64,000 nucleotides of DNA from Heptranchias perlo. Taxonomy: Eukaryota. Numbering within the stretch: position 1 is the first letter of the stretch; each line of letters starts with the position of its first letter. The position numbers and the translations under genes are program-made. Below the pieces are notes generated by a model that ran no database searches, had not been told where the DNA came from, and was given only the letters and a program-made list of their open reading frames with translations. Where the stretch lies: assembly GCF_035084215.1 (NCBI RefSeq), contig NW_027139666.1, forward strand, positions 1,116,001 through 1,180,000, read 5' to 3'. Positions 40,558 to 54,799 of the stretch are shown in pieces.

Positions 40558-41145
40558 TGACAATCTGCCGCCATAAAATAGTTCCTAAACATTAGACCCT
40601 TAACAGACACTGCAGGCTTTTGGATTTTGTCCTTCATTTGAACTGGTTTCTGACGGATCCTTTCTCGCTCTGTTGCAGTTCCCGTTTCCGCCCAGTAGAT
40701 GCCGCCAACCCCCAATCAATGGAAATTACAGAACAGCCAGTAATTATTCACCTTTTCTCGGACTGAAGAGACAGTCGATCCCTGCAATATTTGACCAGTT
40801 GGAAATACATTTTGCCGCAGCTCACATCAGCCATTGAGTAAAGTTAAATACTTACATTAAATCATTACAGAGACCGGACGACCAGCTGGGCACGAGTGGC
40901 AGCTTAATATTCAAGCCTATAAGATCTTTTGAAAGGAGAGGGAAATAGGGAATGAAGGCAGAGTAGCAATATTACTAAAGGACAATATTACAGCAGTTGA
41001 AAGATACAATATCAGTGAGGGTGAGCGGGCAGTGTAAACACTCTGAGAGAGACCCATCACAAGTGGCCCCACTGTACTCCTCCAGAAGGTATAAGAAGGG
41101 CGAGTGGGGGAGGATTTCTTAAATCTTTGTGAAAGTATTGTGGAA

Positions 41146-41533
41146 ATGTCTGGAAGAGGAAAAACCGGCGGTAAAGCTCGGCTCCAAGGCCAAGTCTCGC
41201 TCATCCCGGGCCGGACTGCAGTTCCCTGTGGGCCGTGTTCACAGGCTCCTGCGAAAGGGGAACTACGCTGAACGTGTGGGTGCCGGAGCTCCGGTCTATC
41301 TGGCTGCTTTGTTCGAGCATCTGACGGCTGAAATCCTCGAGCTGGCCGGCAACGCGGCCCGGGACAACAAAAAGACCCGCATCAACCCCAGACAGCTGCA
41401 GATGGCCATCCGCAACGACGAGGAGCTCAACAAGCTGATGGGACTGGTGACCATCGATCAGGGCGGGGTGCTGCCTAATATCCAGGCCGTGCTGTTGCCG
41501 AAGAAAAGCGCTGTGAGCATCAAAAAGAAGTGA
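41146..41533 (+). pseudogene. H2A: H2A pseudogene: +1 frameshift near 41183, many substitutions, stem-loop lost
   Basis: GCTCGGCTCCAAGG vs GCTCGGGCCAAGG in intact copies; the 3' UTR is replaced by CR1 sequence at ~41559. Confidence 0.93.
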
Positions 41534-41558
41534 AGCGTCCAAAATTTAATCTAATAAC

Positions 41559-42100
41559 AGGACAAGGTCAGGACCAATCTTATTAAATCCTTTGACTAAT
41601 TAACAGTAAGAGTAAATAAGGGTAACCTGGTAGATGTAATACATTTGGATTTTCAGATAGCCTTATATAAGGTACCGCATTGTAGAATCATGGCAAAGTT
41701 CAGTGTACGTGGAGTCAGGTGACAGGTAGCGGAATGGATAGCAAGCTGGCGACAAAACAGAAAACAGAGAATAGGGGTTACGGTTAGCTGCTTGGAGTGG
41801 CAAAAAGTGGGAAGTGGTTTAACACAGGGATCAGTGCTGGGACCACTGCTGTTCACAATTAACATTAACGATTTGGATTCGGGAATCAGAAGTACAATTT
41901 CAAAATTTGACGATGATACCAAATTGGGGGGTACAGTTAATACAAGGGAAGAATGTGTCAAAATGCAAGAGGACATTAATAAACTTGCAGAATGAAGAAT
42001 AAGGTGCTCACATATTGTTTGGATAATAAGTCTAAACAGGATAGAGGAGCAATGGGATCGAGAGCTACAGATACACAAATTACTAAAAGTGGCAAATAAA
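41559..42100 (+). mobile_element. Degenerate CR1 RT fragment
   Basis: SGLTQGSVLGPLLFTININDLD...SKFDDDTKLGG. Confidence 0.85.
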
Positions 42101-42246
42101 AGTAGCTTCGCCAGCGTTACCGTCTGACAAAGACACTCGCTCTCAATCTGTGAAAAGATAATGACCATGAACTGGGACTGAAGCCGAACACATCCTCAGT
42201 TACAGTGCGGCCCGGCCCGGACATCTCCTTCTCCCTGTTTTATATC

Positions 42247-42345
42247 TGTAAACAATTTTACAACACCAAGTTATAGTCCAGCAATTTTATTTTAAATTCA
42301 CAAGCTTTCGGAGGCTTCCCCCTTCGTCAGGCTTCCCCCTTCGTC
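42247..42345 (-). mobile_element. PLE terminal fragment with hammerhead core, at a deletion junction
   Basis: Same sequence family as 30934-31016; minus strand CTGACGA-A-GGGGG-AAG-CCTCC-GAAAGCTTGTGAAT; stem I 5' strand missing. Confidence 0.88.
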
Positions 42346-44559
42346 CCACCTTCATGTCCAGCACTGGAGAGAGAGAAACAGTATCAGTCTTACACTCCTA
42401 TCAGTGTCTAAATCACGCACACTAGCAATATCCACCTTCATATTCAGCACCAGCGAGAGAGAGGGAGGCAGACACGGTGAGAGAGACAGAGAGCGGTGAG
42501 ACACAGTGACAGACAGACGTAAACCGTATTAGTTCCAGACTGACCGGTAAAGTTCCGTTTTATGCAGAAAGATCGCGTTGGAGAGACAGAAGATGCAATC
42601 TAATCTCTCACTGATATTATACAAGGGACAGACACACTATTAATCCCACACTCAGGGACAGTGCAGAGTGACAAAAACAATGGGCCACATTGAACCCTCT
42701 TTTGCCTGTTGTACCATCTGAAGTTTTGCAGCTCAAGGCTGTTCGATATTACTCTTAGTAACCGAGAATTTCACTCCGATTAAATTAATCTGGGTCTGTT
42801 GCTGTCAGATATTAATCCTACACGGTCCCAGCAAATACACCAACTCCCACTTTCCTCCCATGTTTCTCCAGGATTGGTTTGAGAAATCCTCCCTCCAGTT
42901 TCGGAGTCACACGTTTATTTATCAGCAGAGGGGCCAAAATTGAACTGGATCCTTTGGCTTATTACACAGCCGCCCACTTTATCTATGAAAGGCTCTTTAC
43001 CATCAAAAGATATTGACAGGAACAGCAAGGATGGAAACATCTCGTTTAATAGTTAGAGATTGTAAAGTCAGTCTGGATTCCAGCGTTAGGCACTGGTGGA
43101 ATCCCATCTTTTTCCCATTCTGGTGCCTGTTCCTGCACTGCCTGTGGACCCCATTCACTCTGACCTTTCCCCCAGCCCCACTTCCTTTGCTCAGACTCTG
43201 AAAAATTCCAATTGGGGAAAGTTTCCATCGATTTTTGTATTGGGAATTATACCAGATATCTGCGCATGCGTGATTCAGCCCAGCCCCCAGCGCTGGTTGT
43301 TGGTGAACAGAAGAGCGCATGCGCGCTCCCCTCCCCCAGCTCGGCCTGTGGGCGCCATTCCCTCAGTGAGCGGAAGAAGATGGTTTAAAACAGCGGGAAT
43401 GGAGAGATCACGGCCCCCGGGGGAAGGGAGCAAAGAGCAGCCTCGTTACAGCAGCTCATCGCTTCGGGACCGTGTCCGCAGATGGGCTCAGATCGGCATT
43501 GAGTCCGGGGGAAGGTCAGGGGGAGTCCGGGGGCTGTTTGTCAGAGGCAGAGTGGATCAGGAACTGGTCCAGGAACATCGAGTGAGCGGGGGAAGGGAGT
43601 GGTGATTCTCTGGCTGTTTGTGTACAGGGTGTGTCCAGGGTAAGGGAGAGAGAATGGGAAGAAACTGCTATTTGAAATCGTTGCCTCTTTCTCTCCCCAA
43701 ACCAGTGATGAATGTTCCTGGTTTATTTCCAGTCTCACCCCATTTATTGTTCCTGGACAGTGAAGAGTGGAAACAGAGCCGGACAGTAAGGATGTGGGGA
43801 GTTATTAAAAGAGCAGGCACCAGGTGAGAAGTTGAAGGACACATTTTAAACAACGGCTGTTTGCTTTCAGTTGAACGGTTAATCCCCGGGTGAGGGGCTT
43901 AGAAACCTGACCCGAACATCGGGTAGTCCCATTCATGGACCAGTGCAGGGGTTGGGTTGTGTCTGGATGTCTCCAAATTGTTATAAAACAGCCCAACACA
44001 CCTGCTCTGCAGAAGCTGAGTGCTGCAGTATTGCAGTGTAGTCAGATGCTGATACTGTTTGTATCGCTGGTTTTCAATTGTGGATATTCAAAATAATTAT
44101 TAACAGATTTTAAATTGATCACTTTTGTATTTTCCACCTCAACTGTTCTTGAGTTACAAGAGATACGTTTCTTTTTACAGGCAAACCCTTGAAGGAGCCA
44201 GATTCAATGTGAAATTTCGTCCACCCGAGGCAAAGGAACAGTGCTGCCAACTCCTTCTCACACACAGTATGTATATTATCACTCACAGAGCACGGAGACA
44301 CAGACAGCTCATCAGTTCCACAGTCTCAGACAGCAGAAGTAGTCAGTCCCACACTGATCCCAAAGTTCCAGAGACACATTTTCAATCCAACAGTCAAACA
44401 GAACAGGTGAGGCAGACTCTGTTCCATTTCTCCCGAACTCAGTCCCGCTGACAGGTAGATACAAAAATCCCAGTCCAAAGTCTCGCTTTCAGATTGTCAA
44501 TTTCACAAAAGGGCAACATTAGCCATGAATTAAATACCAGATACCCCGAGATTCCAATT

Positions 44560-46585
44560 GAATACTAGCCCAGAACTCACACACACACGTGAGTTTAATA
44601 CATGCAGTATCCATTCGAATAGTGTACCATTCGAATACAAATTACCTGTCCAAAACTCATGTATAGTATCAGATTGAGAAATGCTGTGACAGTATAACCT
44701 GAGAAACAAATTAGATACCAGTTTATACTACACTCATAGTATGAGATTTAAAGATACATTATCAATGCTATCAGCACAGACTGAGATACACACTACATAC
44801 CAGTCCAAAAATGTTACAAAATAAAATGTAATAATGCAGTATCAATTCATTTAGTGCAGACTGATCTACACATTATATAGCAATTCAAAAATGTCACCAT
44901 GTCAGTTTGAAAGATATATTATCATTCACAATATTACTCAAAGAGATACAGATATAATAGTAGTCCAAAAGCACACAAATTATCTGATTAAAACCTCCAG
45001 CAACAAATCCTGAAGTTTATCCAAATTTACCAATTAAATAATGAAAAATATTATTTAAACATTGAGTTATTAAAGCTACAGTATTGAATACCATAAAGTA
45101 ATCTGAGAAAATAATTACATCCAGATACAGAATGAATCTCACATTCACACACAGTACCAGAGATGGCAGATACAGAATGAACCTCACACTAACACACAGT
45201 ACCAGAAATTGACAGATACACAATGAATGTCACACTCACATTACTGCAGACTGAGTTACACATTGCATACCCGTTCAAAGATCTCATAATGTCAGATTGA
45301 AAGATACTGTATCAATTCCATTAGTTCAGACTGAGCTACATATTAGATATATTGGTAAATACTCATAGAGTATTTTACTGAAATAAACATTATCAATACC
45401 TTTGGTACAGATTGAGCTACACATTATATACTAGTCCAAAAACCTCATAAAAGATCAGACTGGAAGATACAGCTTCAATTCTATTAGCACTGCCTGAGCT
45501 GTACATTACATCCCAGACTGAAAATCCCATAAAATATTCGACTGAAACAGAGAGTATCGATTCCATGAGTGCAGACTGAGCCACACGTTATATAGCAGTC
45601 CAAGAATCTCATAATATATCAGACTCAAAGATACAACATCAAATTCATTAGCACAGACTGAACTATATGTTACTCAACAGTCCAAAAATCTCATAGAGTA
45701 ACAGATTGAATGATTCAATATCACTTCCATTATTGAAGACTGAGCTACACATCACATTCCAGTCCAAAAATCTCATACAATATCAGACTTAAAGATACAG
45801 TATCAATTCCTTTAGTGCAGGATGAGCTACATATTACATACCAGTCCTAAAATCTCATAGTGTTAGACTCAGATACAGACTTAATCCCATTATTGCAGAC
45901 TGAGCTACACATTACATACCAGTGCAGTAATTTCAACAGAAACAGACTGAAAAGTACATTATCATTCACAATAAAGTTCAGAGATTAAGATGTGGCATTA
46001 CTCCAAAACTCACACACGTTGTTTGATTAAAGAAAACCGGAAAGTGTATCCATATTAACAAATTAAATATTCGAAGAACTGTATATACTCTAAAGTATTA
46101 AAAATACAGTTTCAAATCCGATACTTTTATCTGAAATAAGAATACAGAATGAATCCAGACTTGCACATTGTCTCAGAGACTGAATTACAGAATGAATACC
46201 ACACTGAGATAAAATAGCAGAAAATGGCAGATATAGAATGTATCCAACACTCACAGACAGTACCAGAGACTGACAGGTACTAGAGATGGACAGATACAGA
46301 ATGAATCCAACACTCACAGACAGTACCAGAGACTGACAGGTACTAGAGATAGACAGATACAGAATGAATCCATCACTTATATGTAGTACCTTAGACTGAC
46401 AGATGCAGAATATACCCTACGCTCACACTCAGTAGTGGAGACTGATAGATACAGAATGAATCCCAAACTCACGCACAGTACCAGAGACAGACAGGTAGAG
46501 AATAAACCCCACTCTCACACACAGTCCCAGAGACAGACAGATACAGAATAAACCCCACTCTCATACACTGTACCAGAGACTGACC
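44560..46585 (+). repeat. Composite 82-bp/linker/46-bp satellite block
   Basis: Paralogous to 20440-24495. Confidence 0.9.
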
Positions 46586-48199
46586 TCTACTGGACGTAAG
46601 CGAGAACTGTAAAAGAACGGAACAAATTCACATCATCTGTCATGGTTGCAGAAACAGGACAATGCAATGTGAGGAATGTCTCTGTCTGTAACAATTACTC
46701 TCGTATTTTTGCACATTGTGATAGTGAAAAATGAAGACAATTGATTTATAATAAGGTTTTTGTTTTACTCATTCGATAGTTGTGAATTTACCCCTTTATA
46801 TTTCAGTGTACATTGCACAGTATTTCTCTCTGGTTTCTCAGGACACGATTTACATTGCTCCTCTACCCCGTTTAGACTCTTCTTTTCCAAGCAGTATATG
46901 GCCTCCTTATTCCCCCAAGTGAAACGCACCACCTCACACCTTTCTATATTGAAATTCAATGGGAATTTACACGGCCGTTCTGTATGCTTATTTTGTCACA
47001 GTCTTCCTCAGAATAGACAATACCCCCTAAATTAATTAGAAGAATTTAACACAGCATTACAAATATGTTTGGTCTAACAAAATGTACTTGCAGCACGTCT
47101 CCATTCCTCGTTTTTATAAATCCCACTCGTGCAATATAATGTGAAGAATGAGTTTATCTTCTGTCCCTCTCTCATCTGCAAACTTCAATGACCCGTGGTT
47201 TGGGGACATCTACTGGCCGGAAGCAGAACTGCAACAATTCGGAACAAATTGCTGAAACCGGATAATGTGCAGTGTGAGAGTGTTTGTGATTGGTGGCAGG
47301 AATTAAATCTGATTATTCATATCTGCCCATTAACCTTTAGTGTTTGTTATTGAACATTGAACAGAGCCGGACAGTAAGGATATGGGGAGTTAGAAAAAGA
47401 ACATCTATTGCAGGCATCAGGTGAGCTGTTTGAAGGACAAATTTTAAACAGTGGCTGTTTTGTTTCGGTTTAATGGTTAGTCCCATGGGAGAGGTGATTA
47501 GAAACCTGACCTGTACAAAGTTTCCCGCCCCATCGGGTAGTCCCATTCATGGATCAGGGCAGGGGTTGTGTTGTGTCTGGATGTCACTAATTTGTTGTAA
47601 AACAGCCCAACTCACCTGGTCTGCAGAAGCTGAGTGCTGCAGTACTGCAGTGGAGTCAGACACTGACACTGTTTGTATCGCTGGTTTTCATTTGTGGATA
47701 TTACAATGATTATTAACAAAGAGATTCAATTAATCACTTTTGTATTTTAGACTTCACCTGTTGTTAAGTTACAAGCGATATTTTTTCTTCCTGCAGGCAA
47801 ATCCTTGAAGGACCCACAATCAATGTGATGTTTACTCCACCCGAGGCACGTGGAGCAGTCAGTGCAGCCAGCTCCTTCCCACACACAGTAGGTACATTAA
47901 CACTCACAGAGCACAGAGACAAGGACAGGTCACCAGTCCCACAATCTCAGACAGCAGAAATAGCCAGTCCCATACTCATCCCAATCCAGCAGTCAAACAG
48001 AGCAGGAGGGACTGACGGAATTTCCAATTCACAACAACTCAGTACCGCTGACCGGCAGATAAATAATTCCCAGTCCAAAATCACACCCAGTATCAGATTG
48101 AAAGGCTCTGTGTCAATCTCACGTTAGTTCAGCCTTAGCTACAAATTAAATCCCAGCTAGAACTGACACATGGGACCGATTGATAGGTACAGAATGAAT

Positions 48200-50105
48200 C
48201 ACAATAATGTACCCCGAGATTCAAATTAAGTACCAGCCCACAACTCTCACACATTATGAGTTTAAAGATGCAGTATTTATGACCACATTGTACACTGAGA
48301 TACAAATTAGATACCAGTTCAGATGTTACCCAAATTTGACTTACATATTTGTCCAAAAACCTCATAGTGTCTGAATGCAATGTCCATTTCAATTCCTTTA
48401 CTGCAGACTGAGGTACACATTAGATACCAGTCCAAAATTCTCATGCAGTATGAGACTGAAAGATATAGTATCAATCCCATTAGTGCAGACTGAGCTACAC
48501 GTCACATACCAGTCCAAAATTCTCAGTGTCAGGTTGAAAGATACAGAATCAATTCCATCAGTGCAGATTGAGCTACACATTATATACCAGTCCAAAATTC
48601 ACATAGAGTCTCGTACTGGAAGATACAGTATCAATCCCATTAGTGCAGGCTAAGGTACACATTAGTTACCTGTCCAAAAATCACATTGTGTCAAACTGAA
48701 AGGCACAGTATCAATTCCTTTACTGCAGACAGAGGTTCACATTAGATACCTGTCCAAAAATCACGTACAGTATCATAATGAAATATACAGTATCGATTTG
48801 ATTAGTTCAGACTGATCTGCACGTAACATACCAGTGCAAAAATCTCACACGGTATCAGACTGGAAGATACAGTATCAATCCCATGAGTGCAGACTGAGGT
48901 ATACATTAGATACCAGTCCAAAAGTTACATTCAGTGTCAAACTGAAAGATACAGTATAAATTCCATTAATGCAGAGTGAACGACACCTTACAAACCAGCC
49001 TAAATATATTACACAGTAACAGACTGGAAGGTACAGTATGAATTCCATCAGTGCAGACTGAGCTACACATTATATACCGTGCAAAAATCTCATACATTAT
49101 CACACTAAAACAATCAATATGAATCCTATGAGTGTAGACAAAGCTACACATTACAAACCAGTCCAAAAATCTCTTGCAGTGTCTGACTGAAAGTTAGAGT
49201 GTCAATTCCATTTGTACAGACAGAACCACAGATTACATACCAGGTCAAAAATCTCATACAGTGTCAGCCTGAAAGAAACAATATCAATTCCATTAGCCCA
49301 GACTGAGCTACGCAATAAATACGAGTCCAAAAATTTCACAGCAAAAGATTGAAATGTACATTATCTTCAGAGTTTAAGATGTAATCCTACCACAAAACTC
49401 ACACACGTTGTTAGATGAAAACAAAATCCAATAGTTTATCCATATTGACAAATTAATTCTAGACAAAAGATTTGTATATATCAATGAATTAAACAAACAG
49501 TTTCAAGCACTCTACTGTAACCTGAAATAAGAACACAGAACGAATCCAGACTTGCACTTTGCCCGGAGACTGAGTTACAGGATGAATCCCCCACTGAGAT
49601 AAAATACCAGAGACTGACAGTCACAGAATGAATCCCAAACTCACAGATAGAACCAGAGATTGACAGATACAGAATGAATCCCACATTCACAGACAGTATC
49701 AGAGACTGACAGATACTGAATGAATCCCAAACTCACACACAGTACCAGAGACTGACAGATACAGAATGAATCCCACACTCACATTCAGTGCCAGAGACTG
49801 ACAGATACAGAATGAATCCCAAACTCACACACGGTAGCAGAGACTGACAGATACAGAATGAATCCCACACTCACAGATAGCACCAGAGACTGACAGATAC
49901 AGAATTAATCCCACACTTACATACAGTACAAGAGACTGACAGATACAGAATGAATCCCACACTCACAGACTGTACTGGAGACTGACAGATACAGAATGAA
50001 TCCCACACTCACAGACTGTACTGGAGACTGACGGATACAGAATGAATATCACACTAACATACTGACTGACAGACAGAGAATTAATCCCACGCTCTCATAC
50101 AGTCT
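48200..50105 (+). repeat. Composite 82-bp/linker/46-bp satellite block
   Basis: Paralogous to 27265-28565 with more monomers. Confidence 0.9.
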
Positions 50106-50850
50106 GACATCTACTGGACATTAGTGAGAACTGTAACAGAGCGGAATAGTTCACATCATCTGTCGTTGTTACAGATTCAGGACAATGTTCAATGTGAGGA
50201 AATAGTTTCTCCCTGTAACTTTTGCTCTCGTATTTTTTTCATATTTTGTCAGTGAAAAATTAGACAATTGATTCATAATAAAGTTTTTGTTTTGATCGTT
50301 CGAAAGTTGCCCCATTATATTTCACTCTACATTGCACAATATTTCTGTCTGATTTCTTATGACACGATTTATATTAATTCAAATAAACCGAACTGAAACA
50401 GAAATAAAAACTGAGCGCAAATCTGAAAGTTTCAACGGCGACCGTCAAAAGTGAAAGGGATAAAATATAGAAAAAATTAAAACCGAAAATGCTGGAAAGA
50501 CTCAGCAGGTCCGGCAGCATCTGTGGAGAAGGGAAGCTCGGGTTAACGGTTCAGGTCAATGACCCTTCTATAGATCAGAAAGGTTAATCCGACATAATGT
50601 AAATAAGGAACGGGAATCAGCAGAGGGAAAAACTTCAGAAAATCAATTAATTTCACAAATCCGGGCAATTGTGTCCTGTATCCATCGTACAGATCAGGGC
50701 AAATAATAATACAAAGGAACAGTTAAATTCAACGTTATGGGGGAAGAAATGAAATTTAAAAGTATTTTTTATATAAATTGGACAAGTTTGGAAACATTAT
50801 CGCTCTGAACATCATCAAATTCGGTTCCAGTCTTGGTGTTTCTGAATTCA

Positions 50851-50918
50851 GCGTGCTGGGATTCAAACCTGTTGGAATTAACTGCTTGGAAGGCTGCTAT
50901 ACTCACCATTATAGTGCC
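50851..50918 (-). pseudogene. Degenerate tRNA-Gly(TCC) copy
   Basis: AACTGCTTGGAAGGCTGCTATACTCACCATTATA aligns to 40514-40547. Confidence 0.7.
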
Positions 50919-52510
50919 TTATTTCACTGGGAGGGAGAAATCGAGTGTTTCTGTGGAATTTCGGACTGAATTGCTCCAATTGGTTTTCTGGCTCTTCAAT
51001 CACAGACAATAAATCGTTCCCAAACATCAGCCCCTGAACCGACACAACAAGCTGGTGGAATTTCTCATTCATAGATATTAAATAAGGGGATGGCAAAAGC
51101 GAATAGGAAGAGGTTAGGAAGAAGTCACAAAAACAATTAGGGAAGCAAACAGGAACCACGAAATCAAATTATCAAGGAATATAAAAAGTAAAAGTAAATT
51201 ATTCTACAGTCACAAAAATAATAAAATGAAAATCAGAATATCTTGAGGGCCACTAAGGGATTCACAAGATAAACTCACAGGTAACGTCAGCGAAATGCCA
51301 CAAATATTGAATTATTACTTTCCCTCAGTATTTACCCGGGAGATTAACAGGGTGAACATGATATTAGAGGAAGAGGTCAATAAAGATATCAAGGCATTTA
51401 AGTTGGAAAGGGTGGTAGAACTCCTGGTCCAGATGGATTGCATCCGCACATATTAAATGAAACAAGGGAAGAGATAGCACAGGCATATATAGGAAAAATC
51501 ATTGCAGAAAGGAATAGTGCCAGAGGACTGGATGACAGTTAATGTAATTCTTATATTTTGAGACAGGAGATAGATCAAATCCAGGGAACTAAAGACCAGT
51601 TAACTAAAGGTCGGTGGTAGGAATGATCACGGAATCTTTTACTCACTGATGCAATCGAAAAACATCTAGAAACCAAAAATATCATATCGAAGAGTCAGCA
51701 CGGATTTCAGAAAGGGAAGGTTTAATAGTTTGGCAGAAGGTTTGACAGTTTAAATTACAGTACAACATAACTTGTCTACTTTTCAATTCTATTCCTCTAG
51801 AATGTGCTGTGTTTGCTTTCTATGGCCTTATCAACCTGTGTTGCTACTTTTAATTATTTGTCAATCTGTACCCCTAAATCCCTTTGCTCTTCCACCCCTG
51901 TTATTTTCCAAGCAGTATGTGGCCTCCTTATTCCCCCGAGCAAAATGCACCACCTCACACCTTTCAATATGGAAATTCAATGCCCATTTACACGGCCTTT
52001 CAGCAAGCTTATTAAACTCTTTTTTTATTTTTGTATTTTTCCTCAGTATAGGCTATACCCCCTAAATTAATTACAAACATTTAATACAGCATTACAACTA
52101 CTGCTTTGTCCAATAAAATGTTTTCCATTCCCCGTTTTTCTGAATACCACTCGTGCAATATAATGTGAAGAAAGAGTTTATCTTCTGTCCCTCTCTCATC
52201 TGCAAACTTCAATGACCCGGGGATTGGGGACATCTACTGGCCGGAAGCAGAACTGCAACAGTTCGGAACAAATTGCTGAAACCGGACAACGTGAAGTTTG
52301 AGCGAGTTTGTGATTGGTGGCAAGTATTAAATCTGATTGGTTTCTTCTGATATCCAATCAAATCGATAAAGGAAAAATATTGTGTCATCAGTTCCAATCA
52401 CGATCATTGCCTTCCCTCATCCCTCATTAGCATAGGGCTGTGGGGCTGCCTCTTTAATCTGAGCTCGGAGCGGATTTGGTTCATTTCTGAGTCTGAAATT
52501 GATTTTCAAA

Positions 52511-52885
52511 ATGCCTGAGGACAAGAAAGCAGCTCTTAAGAAGGGCGCCAAGAAAAGCTTGAGTAAAGCACCAGCCAAGGGCGGCAAGAAGCGGAGAAAG
52601 GCGAGGAAGGAGAGTTACTCCATCTACGTCTACAAAGTGATGAAGCAGGTTCACCCCGACACCGGCATCTCCTCCAAGGCCATGAGCATCATGAACTCCT
52701 TTGTGAACGATATTTTCGAGCGCATCGCCGGTGAGGCTTCCCGCCTGGCCCATTATAATAAACGCCACACCATCAGCTCCCGGGAGATCCAGACCGCAGT
52801 GCGCCTTTTGCTGCCCGGAGAACTGGCCAAACACGCCGTGTCGGAAGGGACAAAGGCGGTGACCAAGTACACCAGCTCCAAGTAA
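52511..52885 (+). CDS. H2B: Histone H2B, 124 aa, several substitutions; TATA altered to TCTTTAA; stem-loop 52922-52937
   Basis: Full ORF; differs from the 4802 copy at five residues (P>L, T>S, S>A, I>V, A>H). Confidence 0.95.
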   Translation: MPEDKKAALKKGAKKSLSKAPAKGGKKRRKARKESYSIYVYKVMKQVHPDTGISSKAMSIMNSFVNDIFERIAGEASRLAHYNKRHTISSREIQTAVRLLLPGELAKHAVSEGTKAVTKYTSSK

Positions 52886-53851
52886 AACTCCACAATGTAC
52901 TGAAAAAAAAATAAACACAAAGGCTCTTTTAAGAGCCACCCACAGTCTCTCTGGAGAAGCTGTACCGACCCCTCTGTATGGAATCATTTTACTGTAGATA
53001 GTTTGATACCAACTGTCTCTCTATAACTCTTGTGCTTTTGTAATTTCTCTTGAAATCTGGAAGATTCTCATAATCACTGCCATGTATAATCTGTGTGTCG
53101 CTTTCTATTTAATCCCAATAACCAAAAACGTGTCCCTGATCCTCTCATTCCCGTTCATATTCCGTCCCTTCCTCCACATCTGCCCCTTCAGAGCCGTCTC
53201 AAGGCAATGGATTAGACTTCATTTCTTTCTCCTTTTCACGTTTGTTTGTTCATTATTCGGGAATATCACTTTGAGAACCGCAATCCTTTGAAATGCAGCA
53301 ACCCTGAAAGGGACGTCACACTGAGAACAGAAAAGTCGAAAGACTCTGTCACTGTTCGACTTCTGACACCAGGAGTCTCAGCTCCGGTTTCGATCGCGCT
53401 GCAGCTCCTGTGAACAGGGATCAATCCACAATCTGTGGTTTGTTACTTTTACAAAGATTGAGCTGGAATCTGTCCCGTTACAAAATGGGACTTTATTCCC
53501 GCCGGATTGAAAGCGAACGGTGAATGGAGCCGGATTTTAAACGGATTGTTAAAGATTCAGGAAGTTTTGACGGGAAATGTGGAATAACAGAGTATAAGCA
53601 GAGAGATTTTTAAATCTTTGTCTTAAGGCGACATTATTTACTAAATCCGCTTCTTGTGCTGCAAATATTTTGGCGGGCTTTTCAAATTTCAAAAAAACGG
53701 TTCAGTTCGGTATTTTCCGCCCTTTTCTCATTGCCGGCTATTGATTGGCGAATAAAACAGCTCTCTGATTGGGATGTTAGCTAAACCAATGAGATTGACA
53801 ACAGATTGACCAATTACAAGTGCCCTCACTTTACTCCTCCAGAAGGTATAA

Positions 53852-54301
<450 letters not shown>

Positions 54302-54799
54302 ATCGGCCAAGATTTAATCTGATAAACCCAAAGGCTCTTTTCAGAGCCACCCACTGTATCTGTGAAAGGGCTGGTTACTGTCTGAAGAGCCTGACCTATT
54401 GATCACAGTTATCCCCGGTCGAAGTTAATATATTACATCACTATCGCGGTTAAAGGAATGGGAGCAAATGTAAGTCACCGAACATATGGGTGACAGGTCA
54501 ACGGGAGTTGGAGGGAGTTAGAATAGGACAACCGCGATTTGGAGGAGTTCATGTTTACAGAGGAAGGAAGATAGGAAGCTGACCAGGAGAGCATTGGAAT
54601 AGCCAAGTCTGGAGGTATCAAGGGAATGGATGAGGGTTTCAGCACCAGATCAGCTGAGGCAGGGGCGGTGACGCGCGATGTTTCATAGGTGGAATTAGGT
54701 CTTGGTGATCGAGCGGATATGTGGTTGGATGCTCATCTCAGGGTCAGATAGGACACAAAGGTTACGAACGGTAATATTCCGGCTCACACAGTGGCCAGG

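Noticed and set aside
41129-41533. 134-aa H2A variant with a novel N-terminus
   Set aside because: Artefact of a +1 frameshift read from a non-ATG start; the stem-loop is missing, so it is called a pseudogene.
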